A stretch of 64,000 bases of DNA from Terriglobia bacterium (GTDB taxonomy: Bacteria > Acidobacteriota > Terriglobia > 2-12-FULL-54-10). Positions within the stretch are counted from its first letter, which is position 1; every line of letters starts with the position of its first letter. The notes beneath the pieces are model-generated. The model was not told the DNA's origin. It did not search any database and worked only from the letters and a program-made list of their open reading frames with translations. The stretch lies in the NCBI GenBank assembly GCA_963666975.2, contig CAXVYR010000004.1, positions 1,408,001 through 1,472,000 of the forward strand, given 5' to 3'. Below, in pieces: positions 37,560-45,472 of this stretch. Position numbers and translations under genes: made by a program.

Positions 37560-38462
37560 CTACAGCTGAGTGATCCCGAACGTCTTTCGCCAGAAGGCCA
37601 GCACGCGCCGCTCGTACTCTTCGCCTTTACACTCCCAGCCTTTTCCGTGCGGGGAACACTCCGGTATTCGCCACAACTGTTTGGGCTCACGCGCCGCTTG
37701 ATAAACCGCTTCCACCGAGTCGCTGGGGAATGGGTCATCTTCGAGGTCGTCTATAAGAAAGACCGGGCGCGGGCTGATCCTGCCGATGGCTTTAACAGGC
37801 TCCACGTCTTCCATGTTGATGCCCAGGCGGAGTTCGCAGATGAACTTGCTGACCGGCGCAAAGGGGAAACTCGGCAAGCCGACCAAACGCCGGAAGCTAT
37901 GATCGATTACGCTGCTGAGACTCTGGAAGGGGACTTCTGCGATCACGCCCTTGATCTCCGGCCTTTCCGCCGCCGCGAAGATAGCCGCCACAGCGCCCAA
38001 CGAGTTGCCTTGCACGCCGATCCGCCCCGTGTCTACATCGTGCCGTGTCTTTAGATAGTCCACCGCACCCTCGACGTCCCACGCCTCCTTGGCTCCGAGC
38101 GTATGTACGTCACCTTCGCTCTCCCCATGGTAGCGGAAGTCGAACAGCAGCACGGATAAGCCGTTCCGGTGCAGATAGTCGGCATGCGGCAGCATCCATG
38201 TGCGGTTGCCGCCCCTGCCGTGGGTCAGGATAACGGTTGCGCCGTTTGTGCCCGGAAGGAACCACCCCGCCAGCCTCAGACCATCCCGGCTCTTGAAATG
38301 GATGTCTTCCGGGCGGGGCAGGTCGAACTGCGAAAGATGGTACTCCTCCGGGTCGGGCTCCGGATGGATGCCTCGCTCGCAACCGATCCAGCCGATAACT
38401 AGAACCACTACAACCGAGACCCCCAGCACAATGGCTACGATCCAATAAATCTTCAGGTCCAT
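37560..38462 (-). CDS. Membrane-anchored alpha/beta hydrolase
   Basis: N-terminal TM; SRDGLRLAGW, THG, DFRYHGESEG, GNSLG nucleophile elbow. Confidence 0.9.
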   Translation of the reverse strand: MDLKIYWIVAIVLGVSVVVVLVIGWIGCERGIHPEPDPEEYHLSQFDLPRPEDIHFKSRDGLRLAGWFLPGTNGATVILTHGRGGNRTWMLPHADYLHRNGLSVLLFDFRYHGESEGDVHTLGAKEAWDVEGAVDYLKTRHDVDTGRIGVQGNSLGAVAAIFAAAERPEIKGVIAEVPFQSLSSVIDHSFRRLVGLPSFPFAPVSKFICELRLGINMEDVEPVKAIGRISPRPVFLIDDLEDDPFPSDSVEAVYQAAREPKQLWRIPECSPHGKGWECKGEEYERRVLAFWRKTFGITQL

Positions 38463-38517
38463 AAATGTGCCCCTTAAATCGGCTGGTTCTTTGATATCAC
38501 TGGCTGATACTCCATTC

Positions 38518-38554
38518 CGCTAACAGTTTAAGGTTCACCGAAACGCTGTTAGCC
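38518..38554 (-). other. Truncated attC-like palindrome
   Basis: Minus strand GGCTAACAG...TGAACCTTAAACTGTTAGCG with an 8-bp perfect IR (GCTAACAG/CTGTTAGC), 7 bp after the stop at 38562. Confidence 0.35.
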
Positions 38555-38561
38555 ATTCGTA

Positions 38562-39647
38562 TCACTCAGACAACTGCGCAAGTATAGCCGCAACCTGGCG
38601 TGTGTCGTTCAGTAAATAGCCATGTTCGCGCGCCGTCTTGTGCACAGTGTACGGCACACCCTCGGGAGGCATCGCTCTTGGAAATTCCACGCGGTTATCG
38701 CCGGGTTTTTTGGCAGCCGTATGAAAATCCCAACCTCTTACGGCACGCGGCCCGTCCCTTACAACGGTGGCGAGAGTTGGATGTCTGTCACTGGCCAGCA
38801 CTGCAACAGGCGGATACTGAAAGGATTTTTCTTCCTTGGACACCAGCAACCGTCTGAACTCACTTGCCCGGCGCAACGCCATGCGGAGATGTGTCCGGTG
38901 TTGCTCGGTCACCTGAACCGCATCAGTCATGGCGAAGATTCCCAGCTTCTGACGCTCCCAATCGTCCGCTGAATACCAATCGTGCGGGATTGAGTCCCCG
39001 GTCTGTTCCACCAACGCAGACTCCGGCGTTTCCCAAGGAAAAAAGGAGTACCGTGATACGAACGTAAACAATACCTGCGGGCTCAAGATACGCTTGTTCA
39101 GACCGGTTGCGGTGCCAGCATGCATGTCTTCCAAAAAACTGATTCCGGGGCTGAACGGAACACCGGCAAACAGAACACTGTGAAAAAGGTCGGGAGAACG
39201 GTTCAGCGCCACAAAGCTGATGAGCCCTCCCATGCTATGTGCCGCCACTTGAACCTTGACACCTCCGTGCAGACCGCTGATTGTCTTCAGAAATGCCACG
39301 AAGTTTCTGACGCTTTCGAGATTATCGCGACGCCAATCGTATGCGAACGGGTAAAATGCGCGCCCGGATGCCTCGGCCCAATCGAGAAAAGGGGCATAGA
39401 TGTCATGCCAGGCCACTCTGCGGAGCGGCTCTTTCGCGGCCAGATCATCGCGCCGCTGGGTGTCGCTGTCGCCGTTCCAAACCAGCGGCAGGCGCAGGTC
39501 AGGAGAAGCAAGTCCGAGAGCCTGCCACCATGTGAGCCAGCGCAGGTTGCCCTGGGGATCTGTCAGTGTGCTGCCTTTGAAGCCGTGGATGAAGACCAGC
39601 GGAGGCAATAAGCGATCCGACGAACGCGATGGCATAGTGGAAGGCAC
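38562..39647 (-). CDS. LCAT/PGAP1-like lipase-acyltransferase (alpha/beta hydrolase)
   Basis: VFIHGFKGS, FAYDWRR, AHSMGG, GVPF, PGDNRV, REHGYLL. Confidence 0.85.
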   Translation of the reverse strand: MPSTMPSRSSDRLLPPLVFIHGFKGSTLTDPQGNLRWLTWWQALGLASPDLRLPLVWNGDSDTQRRDDLAAKEPLRRVAWHDIYAPFLDWAEASGRAFYPFAYDWRRDNLESVRNFVAFLKTISGLHGGVKVQVAAHSMGGLISFVALNRSPDLFHSVLFAGVPFSPGISFLEDMHAGTATGLNKRILSPQVLFTFVSRYSFFPWETPESALVEQTGDSIPHDWYSADDWERQKLGIFAMTDAVQVTEQHRTHLRMALRRASEFRRLLVSKEEKSFQYPPVAVLASDRHPTLATVVRDGPRAVRGWDFHTAAKKPGDNRVEFPRAMPPEGVPYTVHKTAREHGYLLNDTRQVAAILAQLSE

Positions 39648-39680
39648 CGCCCAATACTATCCAGTTCTTTGAATTTTCAA

Positions 39681-41180
39681 TCAGCCGTCGATATTCTCGA
39701 TCAACCGGATATAAAAACGCACGGCGTCGGCGAAACCATCTACGCTAATGCGTTCGTTTGTACCGTGGGGACGTTTTAGATCCTCTGAATCAAGAACTAA
39801 TGGGCCAAAACGGTAGATGCCCTCTGCCAACTGACCAAAGTGGCGGGAGTCGGTTGCGGCAATCACGAGATAGGGTGTGACAACAGCTTCGGGGAACACT
39901 TCCCGCACGGTCCGCTCAAGAGTCCTGTAACCCTCGGTGTCGGTTTCAGAAATAGGAGAAGGATTGCTCACTAGAGGAGAGTCGGAATGGATTACCACCG
40001 TGACATTCGGATCATCCTGGAACAAACCACTGACGTGCTCGCGGACGCTATGAATAGTATCTCGATGATGAATACGAACATTAACTAGTGCTTTTGCATA
40101 AATGGGTAGGACGTTTTCCTTGGGACTGCCTCGGAGCATAGTCGGCGCGATGGTTGTCCTGAGCAGCGCATTAAGTTCTTTGGTTCCCCCAGCGCCCGCC
40201 CGGTACCATCGTGATACAACTCTGTCAATCAAGGAACCAAAAAGCCATTGATTCGCGATCACGGCACGCGCCGCGAAGGGAAATTCAGGCCCCAGCGCAT
40301 CGAGCATTTCGCTCACTACTCCCTCGATGCCGCCGTCAAACGGATTCTGCTGAAGTTTTGTGATTGCCCGCGCAAGCCGGGTTACCGCCGTGTCATAGGG
40401 AGGCATGGAAGAATGGCCGCCTTTCCCTTCTGCAATAAGTCCCAGCGTAACGTAGCCCTTCTCCGCAATACCGAGAAGGGCTACAGGTCTATCTATTCCG
40501 GGGATCACGCCGCGGGTGATAGCGGCTCCTTCATCGATAATCCACTTCAGGTGGACGCCGCGACTTTTCAGCAGTTCCGCAATTTTAACCGCGCCGTTCC
40601 GGCCCCCGACTTCTTCGTCGTGGCCGAAGCCGAGCAGGATCGTGCGTTGCGGCTGATGGCCTTCGGCAACTTGCAGCTCAACTGCTTCCATAATGGCGAC
40701 GAGAATGCCCTTCATGTCCAGGGTGCCGCGACCCCAGATGAAACCCCCGGAAATGGCGCCGCCAAAGGGCGGTTCGGTCCACTCACCTACAGAGTCCTGG
40801 TCAACCGTCACTACGTCCATATGAGCGAGGAAAATCACGGGCTCCAGGGAAGCATCCTGCCCTTCCCAGGTGTAGAGCAAACTATGCTCATTTACGATTT
40901 CCCGTTTCAAAACACGGTGCGCAGCCGGATAAGTTTCCTCAAGCCAACGGTGAAAAGCGAGAAGTTCGCTGGCATCGTTATCTGCCGGCTCTTGGTGAGA
41001 AACGGTCTGGAAACGAAGCGCCTCGGCCAGGTGCGAGGCTGCTGCCTCGGCGTTGATCTCACGCGGCTCGACGGGTATAACGTGAACTTGCTCTCCAAAG
41101 GGGTAGGTGAGCGTTCTGATTACCACGACAGCGGCAAGCACCGTGATGAACGCTGCCAGCCCAATCAATAGCTTTTTCAT
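39681..41180 (-). CDS. M20 family peptidase (carboxypeptidase S/PM20D1-like), membrane-anchored
   Basis: AHMDVV, WGRGTLDMKG, GHDEEVGG, DEG, GGHSSMPP, ATDSRH, HGTNERI. Confidence 0.92.
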   Translation of the reverse strand: MKKLLIGLAAFITVLAAVVVIRTLTYPFGEQVHVIPVEPREINAEAAASHLAEALRFQTVSHQEPADNDASELLAFHRWLEETYPAAHRVLKREIVNEHSLLYTWEGQDASLEPVIFLAHMDVVTVDQDSVGEWTEPPFGGAISGGFIWGRGTLDMKGILVAIMEAVELQVAEGHQPQRTILLGFGHDEEVGGRNGAVKIAELLKSRGVHLKWIIDEGAAITRGVIPGIDRPVALLGIAEKGYVTLGLIAEGKGGHSSMPPYDTAVTRLARAITKLQQNPFDGGIEGVVSEMLDALGPEFPFAARAVIANQWLFGSLIDRVVSRWYRAGAGGTKELNALLRTTIAPTMLRGSPKENVLPIYAKALVNVRIHHRDTIHSVREHVSGLFQDDPNVTVVIHSDSPLVSNPSPISETDTEGYRTLERTVREVFPEAVVTPYLVIAATDSRHFGQLAEGIYRFGPLVLDSEDLKRPHGTNERISVDGFADAVRFYIRLIENIDG

Positions 41181-41243
41181 GTTGTGCCTTCCAAGGCGCA
41201 ATTCTGAAAGCCAGCGTCGGCGTCCCAGCCATTCACGCGAAGG

Positions 41244-42257
41244 TCACTGGGAGAATGCCAGTACTGCCCCGTAAACACTCTGAACCACCATCGCCATGCG
41301 GTCATAGTCCAGAGTTTCAGCAGTATCTTGCGCGGTATGATAGTTCGTATTCCGGTTTAAGGCAGTATTAGTGACCATCACCGCCGTGTAGCCGGCTTTC
41401 CAATAATTGGAATGGTCCGACCAGTCGATTCCCTCAACGGATTTTGGGGCATTGAATGAATAGACGGGCAGAGGTGAAGCCGCGCGCATCGCTTTCTTCA
41501 CGCGGCGAACGGCCAAGCCCTGATCGAGCTTTCCAACAACGGCAATCCAGTTCCCGCGCGCTGGATAAAAAAATTTCATAACCGACAGAGGAAAGCTCTG
41601 GCTATTTTCGGCGTCACGGAAGAATCCGATCATCTCCAGAGAAAACATGATGCGAACCGGGACGCCTTGTTCTTTGAGCAAAGCCGCATGGCGAGCACTC
41701 CCGCCATACGGCGTGCGAAAAGTTCCCGGCCCTCCCAAGACAAGCGGCTCCTCCAACGTAAAGGCAACCAGCTCCACACGCATGGGGAGGGATTTGCTCC
41801 GACCGAGCAGGTAGGCAAGTTCAATGAGTCCGGCTACTCCGCTGGCGTTGTCGTCGGCACCGGGCAACTCACCCGCCGCGTCATAGTGCGCGCCGACGAC
41901 GATCCGTTCCTTCGTCTCTGGTCCAAACAGTGCCATGACGTTGCGGTAGGTGTTTCCACACAGCTTGTACTCTTGCTCTGACACCATCCCGTTCGCTTGC
42001 TCAAACTCTTTGCGAATGTATGCCGCAACTCGGTCCAGATTTTCAGGGTGTCTCCAGTCTCGTGGAAACAACGTCTCGGACAACATGCGAATGTGTCCTT
42101 CCAGTCGCGCAGGTTTGACGGCGGGGCTTGGCTCATTCTGTGCCCTAACAGGCAATACGGGCTGAGTTACCGCGAACCAAACTGCCGTCAAGAAGATCAG
42201 AACAGCAATTCCTATCAGCAAAACCACTTTCAAAAGACCTCCCATACAGAACCTCAT
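41244..42257 (-). CDS. M28 family peptidase, membrane-anchored
   Basis: VGAHYD, GADDNASGVA, LEEP, LEMIG, SDHSNYW, NYHT. Confidence 0.92.
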   Translation of the reverse strand: MRFCMGGLLKVVLLIGIAVLIFLTAVWFAVTQPVLPVRAQNEPSPAVKPARLEGHIRMLSETLFPRDWRHPENLDRVAAYIRKEFEQANGMVSEQEYKLCGNTYRNVMALFGPETKERIVVGAHYDAAGELPGADDNASGVAGLIELAYLLGRSKSLPMRVELVAFTLEEPLVLGGPGTFRTPYGGSARHAALLKEQGVPVRIMFSLEMIGFFRDAENSQSFPLSVMKFFYPARGNWIAVVGKLDQGLAVRRVKKAMRAASPLPVYSFNAPKSVEGIDWSDHSNYWKAGYTAVMVTNTALNRNTNYHTAQDTAETLDYDRMAMVVQSVYGAVLAFSQ

Positions 42258-42473
42258 TCCTTTCGGGGTACTACCTCACCTCTCCCGCGTCAACCATCCG
42301 ACTTTAGCTCACAACCCTACCCGGTGCCGACAAACCAGGCAATAAATGGCATGACACTTTCTTGACTGTCACATCGCGAAGGTAGGGTGTAGAATCGGGC
42401 AAGGCAAGAACACAACTACTACCAGCACATGCTGGCCAGCACGGGCGTTGTCCCGCCTTGTGGGGTTGTCGGG

Positions 42474-43370
42474 ATGGATATCCGCATCAGCAAAGAGAGC
42501 GAAGTTCCGCTCCGCTTGCAAATCGGGCGGCAGGTCGCCTTCCTGATTGCGACGGGCAAGCTGAAGCCCGGAGAAGCCTTGCCGAGCGTGCGAGGTCTGG
42601 CCGACCGGCTCAAGATTCACCACAACACCGTCAGCCAAGCCTATCAAGACTTGGTGGGCACCCAAATGCTTGAGCGGCGGCGCGGGAGCCGCATGGTTGT
42701 TTCTTCCCTCGAGCATCCGCAAGAGCCGGCGCGCCGCCAGGACCTCGATGATCTGATCAACGCCACCATCCGGACAGCGCAACAACGCGGCTACACGCTC
42801 CAGCAACTGCGCCAGCGCGTTCGGGAGCGGCTGCTGCTCCATCCGCCCGACCACTTCCTGGTGGTGGAAGAGGAACCGGGCTTGCGGCAGCTGCTTCAAG
42901 AAGAAATCAAGGAAAACTTAAAGTTGCCCGTCGATGCATGTTCGCGGAACGAGCTGTCTGCAAACCAAGGGCTGGCGATCGGCGCGCTGGTGGTGAGTCC
43001 GCCGGGGACCGTCCGGGAAACCACGCCTCTGGTTCCCAAGGATCGCCCTCCCATCCAGATCACATACAACACGGCGGGGCTGCATGTGGAGTTGGTTCGG
43101 CAGTTGCGCGAGCCTTCCGTAATCGCGGTGGTCTCGGTGAGCGAGCTGTTTTTGCGAACGGCGCGAGGCTTGCTGGCTGCTGCGGTCGGCCGCCGCCATA
43201 CGATGCGAGAGTTTTTCCTGCCTCTGGAAAAATCGATCAATCTCACCGCCGCCGACGTGGTCTTCTGCGACTCCATCGCGCGGCGACAAGTCACAGCGCC
43301 TAAGACGGTTCCCTACCGGCTGATTTCTTCCGCCTCGCTGGAATTTCTCGCCAGCGCCATCGGGCGGTGA
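42474..43370 (+). CDS. GntR-family transcriptional regulator with extended C-terminal domain
   Basis: SEVPLRLQI...LKPGEALPSVRGLADRLKIHHNTVSQAYQDL winged HTH. Confidence 0.9.
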   Translation: MDIRISKESEVPLRLQIGRQVAFLIATGKLKPGEALPSVRGLADRLKIHHNTVSQAYQDLVGTQMLERRRGSRMVVSSLEHPQEPARRQDLDDLINATIRTAQQRGYTLQQLRQRVRERLLLHPPDHFLVVEEEPGLRQLLQEEIKENLKLPVDACSRNELSANQGLAIGALVVSPPGTVRETTPLVPKDRPPIQITYNTAGLHVELVRQLREPSVIAVVSVSELFLRTARGLLAAAVGRRHTMREFFLPLEKSINLTAADVVFCDSIARRQVTAPKTVPYRLISSASLEFLASAIGR

Positions 43371-43396
43371 AAACGTTTTCCGAATTGCGACTAGGC

Positions 43397-43566
43397 CTAG
43401 AGCGATTTTCCTGTTGCTGTATCCTGCACCGCGCCCCTGAGGATGTCATCCCGAGGGATCTGCTTTTCCTTCAAGTGGTGGGTCGTTCCCATGAGAAAAG
43501 AGCAGATCCCTCGCTGCGCTCGGGATGACAGCTAGGGAGGATACAGCAGTAGTAAAAACGCTCTAG
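43397..43566. mobile_element. MITE with 29-bp TIRs (CTAG ends) carrying a REP-type hairpin
   Basis: CTAGAGCGATTTTCCTGTTGCTGTATCCT / AGGATACAGCAGTAGTAAAAACGCTCTAG (25/29); inner TGTCATCCCGAG-GGATCTGCT...AGCAGATCCCTCGCTGCGCTCGGGATGACA. Confidence 0.85.
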
Positions 43567-43567
43567 T

Positions 43568-43771
43568 AACGTCGCCAAGATTACGGCCAAGATTACGGCC
43601 AAGATTACGACCTACGTTACCGACATGGATGAATATCAGAGCCAGGAAGTGAGGGCCGTGCGCGCCGGGCACTTCGGGGATCACAAGCCGGCGAGCACTT
43701 CGATGGAGATTGTACAGCTGGCAAATCCCGCCTATCGGGTGGAAGTCGAAGCCATTGCCGTCCTGCCGTAG
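43568..43771 (+). pseudogene. C-terminal half of a Rid/YjgF-family protein with an in-frame 12-bp triplication
   Basis: NVAKIT(AKIT)2TYVTDMDEY...VRAGHFGDHKPASTSMEIVQLANPAYRVEVEAIAVLP*; GCCAAGATTACG x3 at 43574-43609; 5' half missing at the MITE edge. Confidence 0.75.
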
Positions 43772-43789
43772 CCGTTCGAGGCAGGCCGG

Positions 43790-45442
43790 TCACCGCTGTT
43801 TGTCGATCAGCAGGAAGGTGATGTCGTCGGTCTGCGCCATGCCGTGGGTGAATTGTGCCATTGCTTCCAGGATCTTTTTTTTCAGGACCTGTCCTCCGGC
43901 CGGCGCCTCTCGATGGATAATTTCCAGCAGCCTTTCCTCCCCGAAAATCTCTTCTTCGTGGTTTTGCGCATCGGTCAGGCCGTCGGAATAGACGAGCAAG
44001 ATATCTACTTTGCGGAGATGGAACGGGCGGGAGCTGTAAGAGGCAAAAGGAAAAGCGCCCAGGATGAGACCGTCCGAGGCCAGCTCTTCCACCTTCCCCG
44101 TGGCCGCGCGGAACAGATAAGCGGGATTGTGCCCCGCGCTGATGAATTGGCCATTCCCCTGCGAGTTCAGCACGAAAAGAAACAGGGTGACGAATCGGTG
44201 GGACTGCGTCTTCTCACAGAGAAACTTGTTCACACGGTTCAGGGCCTCGTCGGGCTGGGTGGCGGAACGAAACTCCATCTCGAGAGCGCCCTGCAACAGG
44301 GAACCGAGCAGAGCCGCGGAAATCCCCTTGCCGGAAACGTCCGCCAGAATTCCCAGCAGCTTTTTTGAATCCAGCGGCAGAAAGTCGTAAAAGTCGCCTC
44401 CCACGTAACGGGTCGGCTTGCTGTAGGCGTCAATGCCAAAATTCGGAAACTCCGGCAAGGACTGGGGCAGAAGGCTCTTTTGGGTTTCCTCCGCCAGCGC
44501 CAATTCCTGCTCCATCTTCTTTCGTTCCTCGACGCCTTTAATCATCTCGAGCTTCTCAAAGACGTTGCCGGCTTCCTCCGCCAGCTTGCTTAAAATCCTC
44601 TGGTCCAAGCCGGAAAGCGAGTGCATTTTCTTGGTGCTGTCCAGGTAGAGGATTCCCAGCACCTCCGGCGTGTCGGCGCGGGAAGAGATCGCCTCCAGGG
44701 GCAGGCAGGCGACCGCCGTAAGGTTCATGACGAGGATGCTTTCCTGTCCGGCAAATTCTCCCGTGATCCGTTCCGTCATGAACACGGCCTTGCCTTCGCT
44801 CGCCACCCGGCTGACGACGGCCCGGCTGGCTCTGAACTCCGCCTGCGGCAGGGTCCGGCCGTCTCCGTCCATTCCCACGGAGTATTCAAACCCCTCCTGC
44901 TGCTTCAACAGGATGAAGCCCCGCTCGGCTCCGCTGATTTCCAGGGCGGACCGGAGTATCTGCTGAAATGCTTTTTCGGGCGAGAAGCTCTTTCTCCAGT
45001 AATACTGGAAATCCAGGATACAGGAGATTTTTTGCAGGTCGGAATAGCCGGCGTTCGGAGAAGGCAGAATCGAAGTCAGGTTCTGAATCGACGTATCCAA
45101 ATCGCTGCCTTTCCAGGCACCCGCGAGACCGGCAGCATCCACCTCGTCCGAGCAATATAGAAGCTCAACTCTCCCTTTACCCAGACGAATTCTGTCGCCA
45201 TGGCGCAGCCGTTGCTGCTCCACCTCATGGCCGTTTACATACGTGCCCTGACTGCTGTTCAGGTCGAAGATGGAAAAGCCTTCCTCGTCCCGGACAAGCT
45301 TCGCATGGCTGCGGGAAATGCCCCGGTCGGTCAAATGAATATCGGCATCTGTTTTTCGCCCGATCACTATCTGGTCGGCTTCGAGGGGGTATACTTCTTC
45401 GTGGTTATGGGGACCGGTCCATTGGAGTGAGGGAGTAGCCAT
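43790..45442 (-). CDS. FHA-GAF-SpoIIE (PP2C) phosphatase
   Basis: FHA: IGR, ISRSHA, SSQGTYVNG. GAF: GAERG, GILYLDS. PP2C: VGGDFYDF, ADVSGKG, SAGHNP, YSDGL, DDIT. Confidence 0.92.
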   Translation of the reverse strand: MATPSLQWTGPHNHEEVYPLEADQIVIGRKTDADIHLTDRGISRSHAKLVRDEEGFSIFDLNSSQGTYVNGHEVEQQRLRHGDRIRLGKGRVELLYCSDEVDAAGLAGAWKGSDLDTSIQNLTSILPSPNAGYSDLQKISCILDFQYYWRKSFSPEKAFQQILRSALEISGAERGFILLKQQEGFEYSVGMDGDGRTLPQAEFRASRAVVSRVASEGKAVFMTERITGEFAGQESILVMNLTAVACLPLEAISSRADTPEVLGILYLDSTKKMHSLSGLDQRILSKLAEEAGNVFEKLEMIKGVEERKKMEQELALAEETQKSLLPQSLPEFPNFGIDAYSKPTRYVGGDFYDFLPLDSKKLLGILADVSGKGISAALLGSLLQGALEMEFRSATQPDEALNRVNKFLCEKTQSHRFVTLFLFVLNSQGNGQFISAGHNPAYLFRAATGKVEELASDGLILGAFPFASYSSRPFHLRKVDILLVYSDGLTDAQNHEEEIFGEERLLEIIHREAPAGGQVLKKKILEAMAQFTHGMAQTDDITFLLIDKQR

Positions 45443-45472
45443 TCCGGCCTTCTATATTGGGAAACAGAATGC

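Noticed and set aside
43574-43609. GCCAAGATTACG x3 as a CRISPR-like array
   Set aside because: Contiguous 12-mers without spacers, in frame within a Rid fragment; no cas genes.
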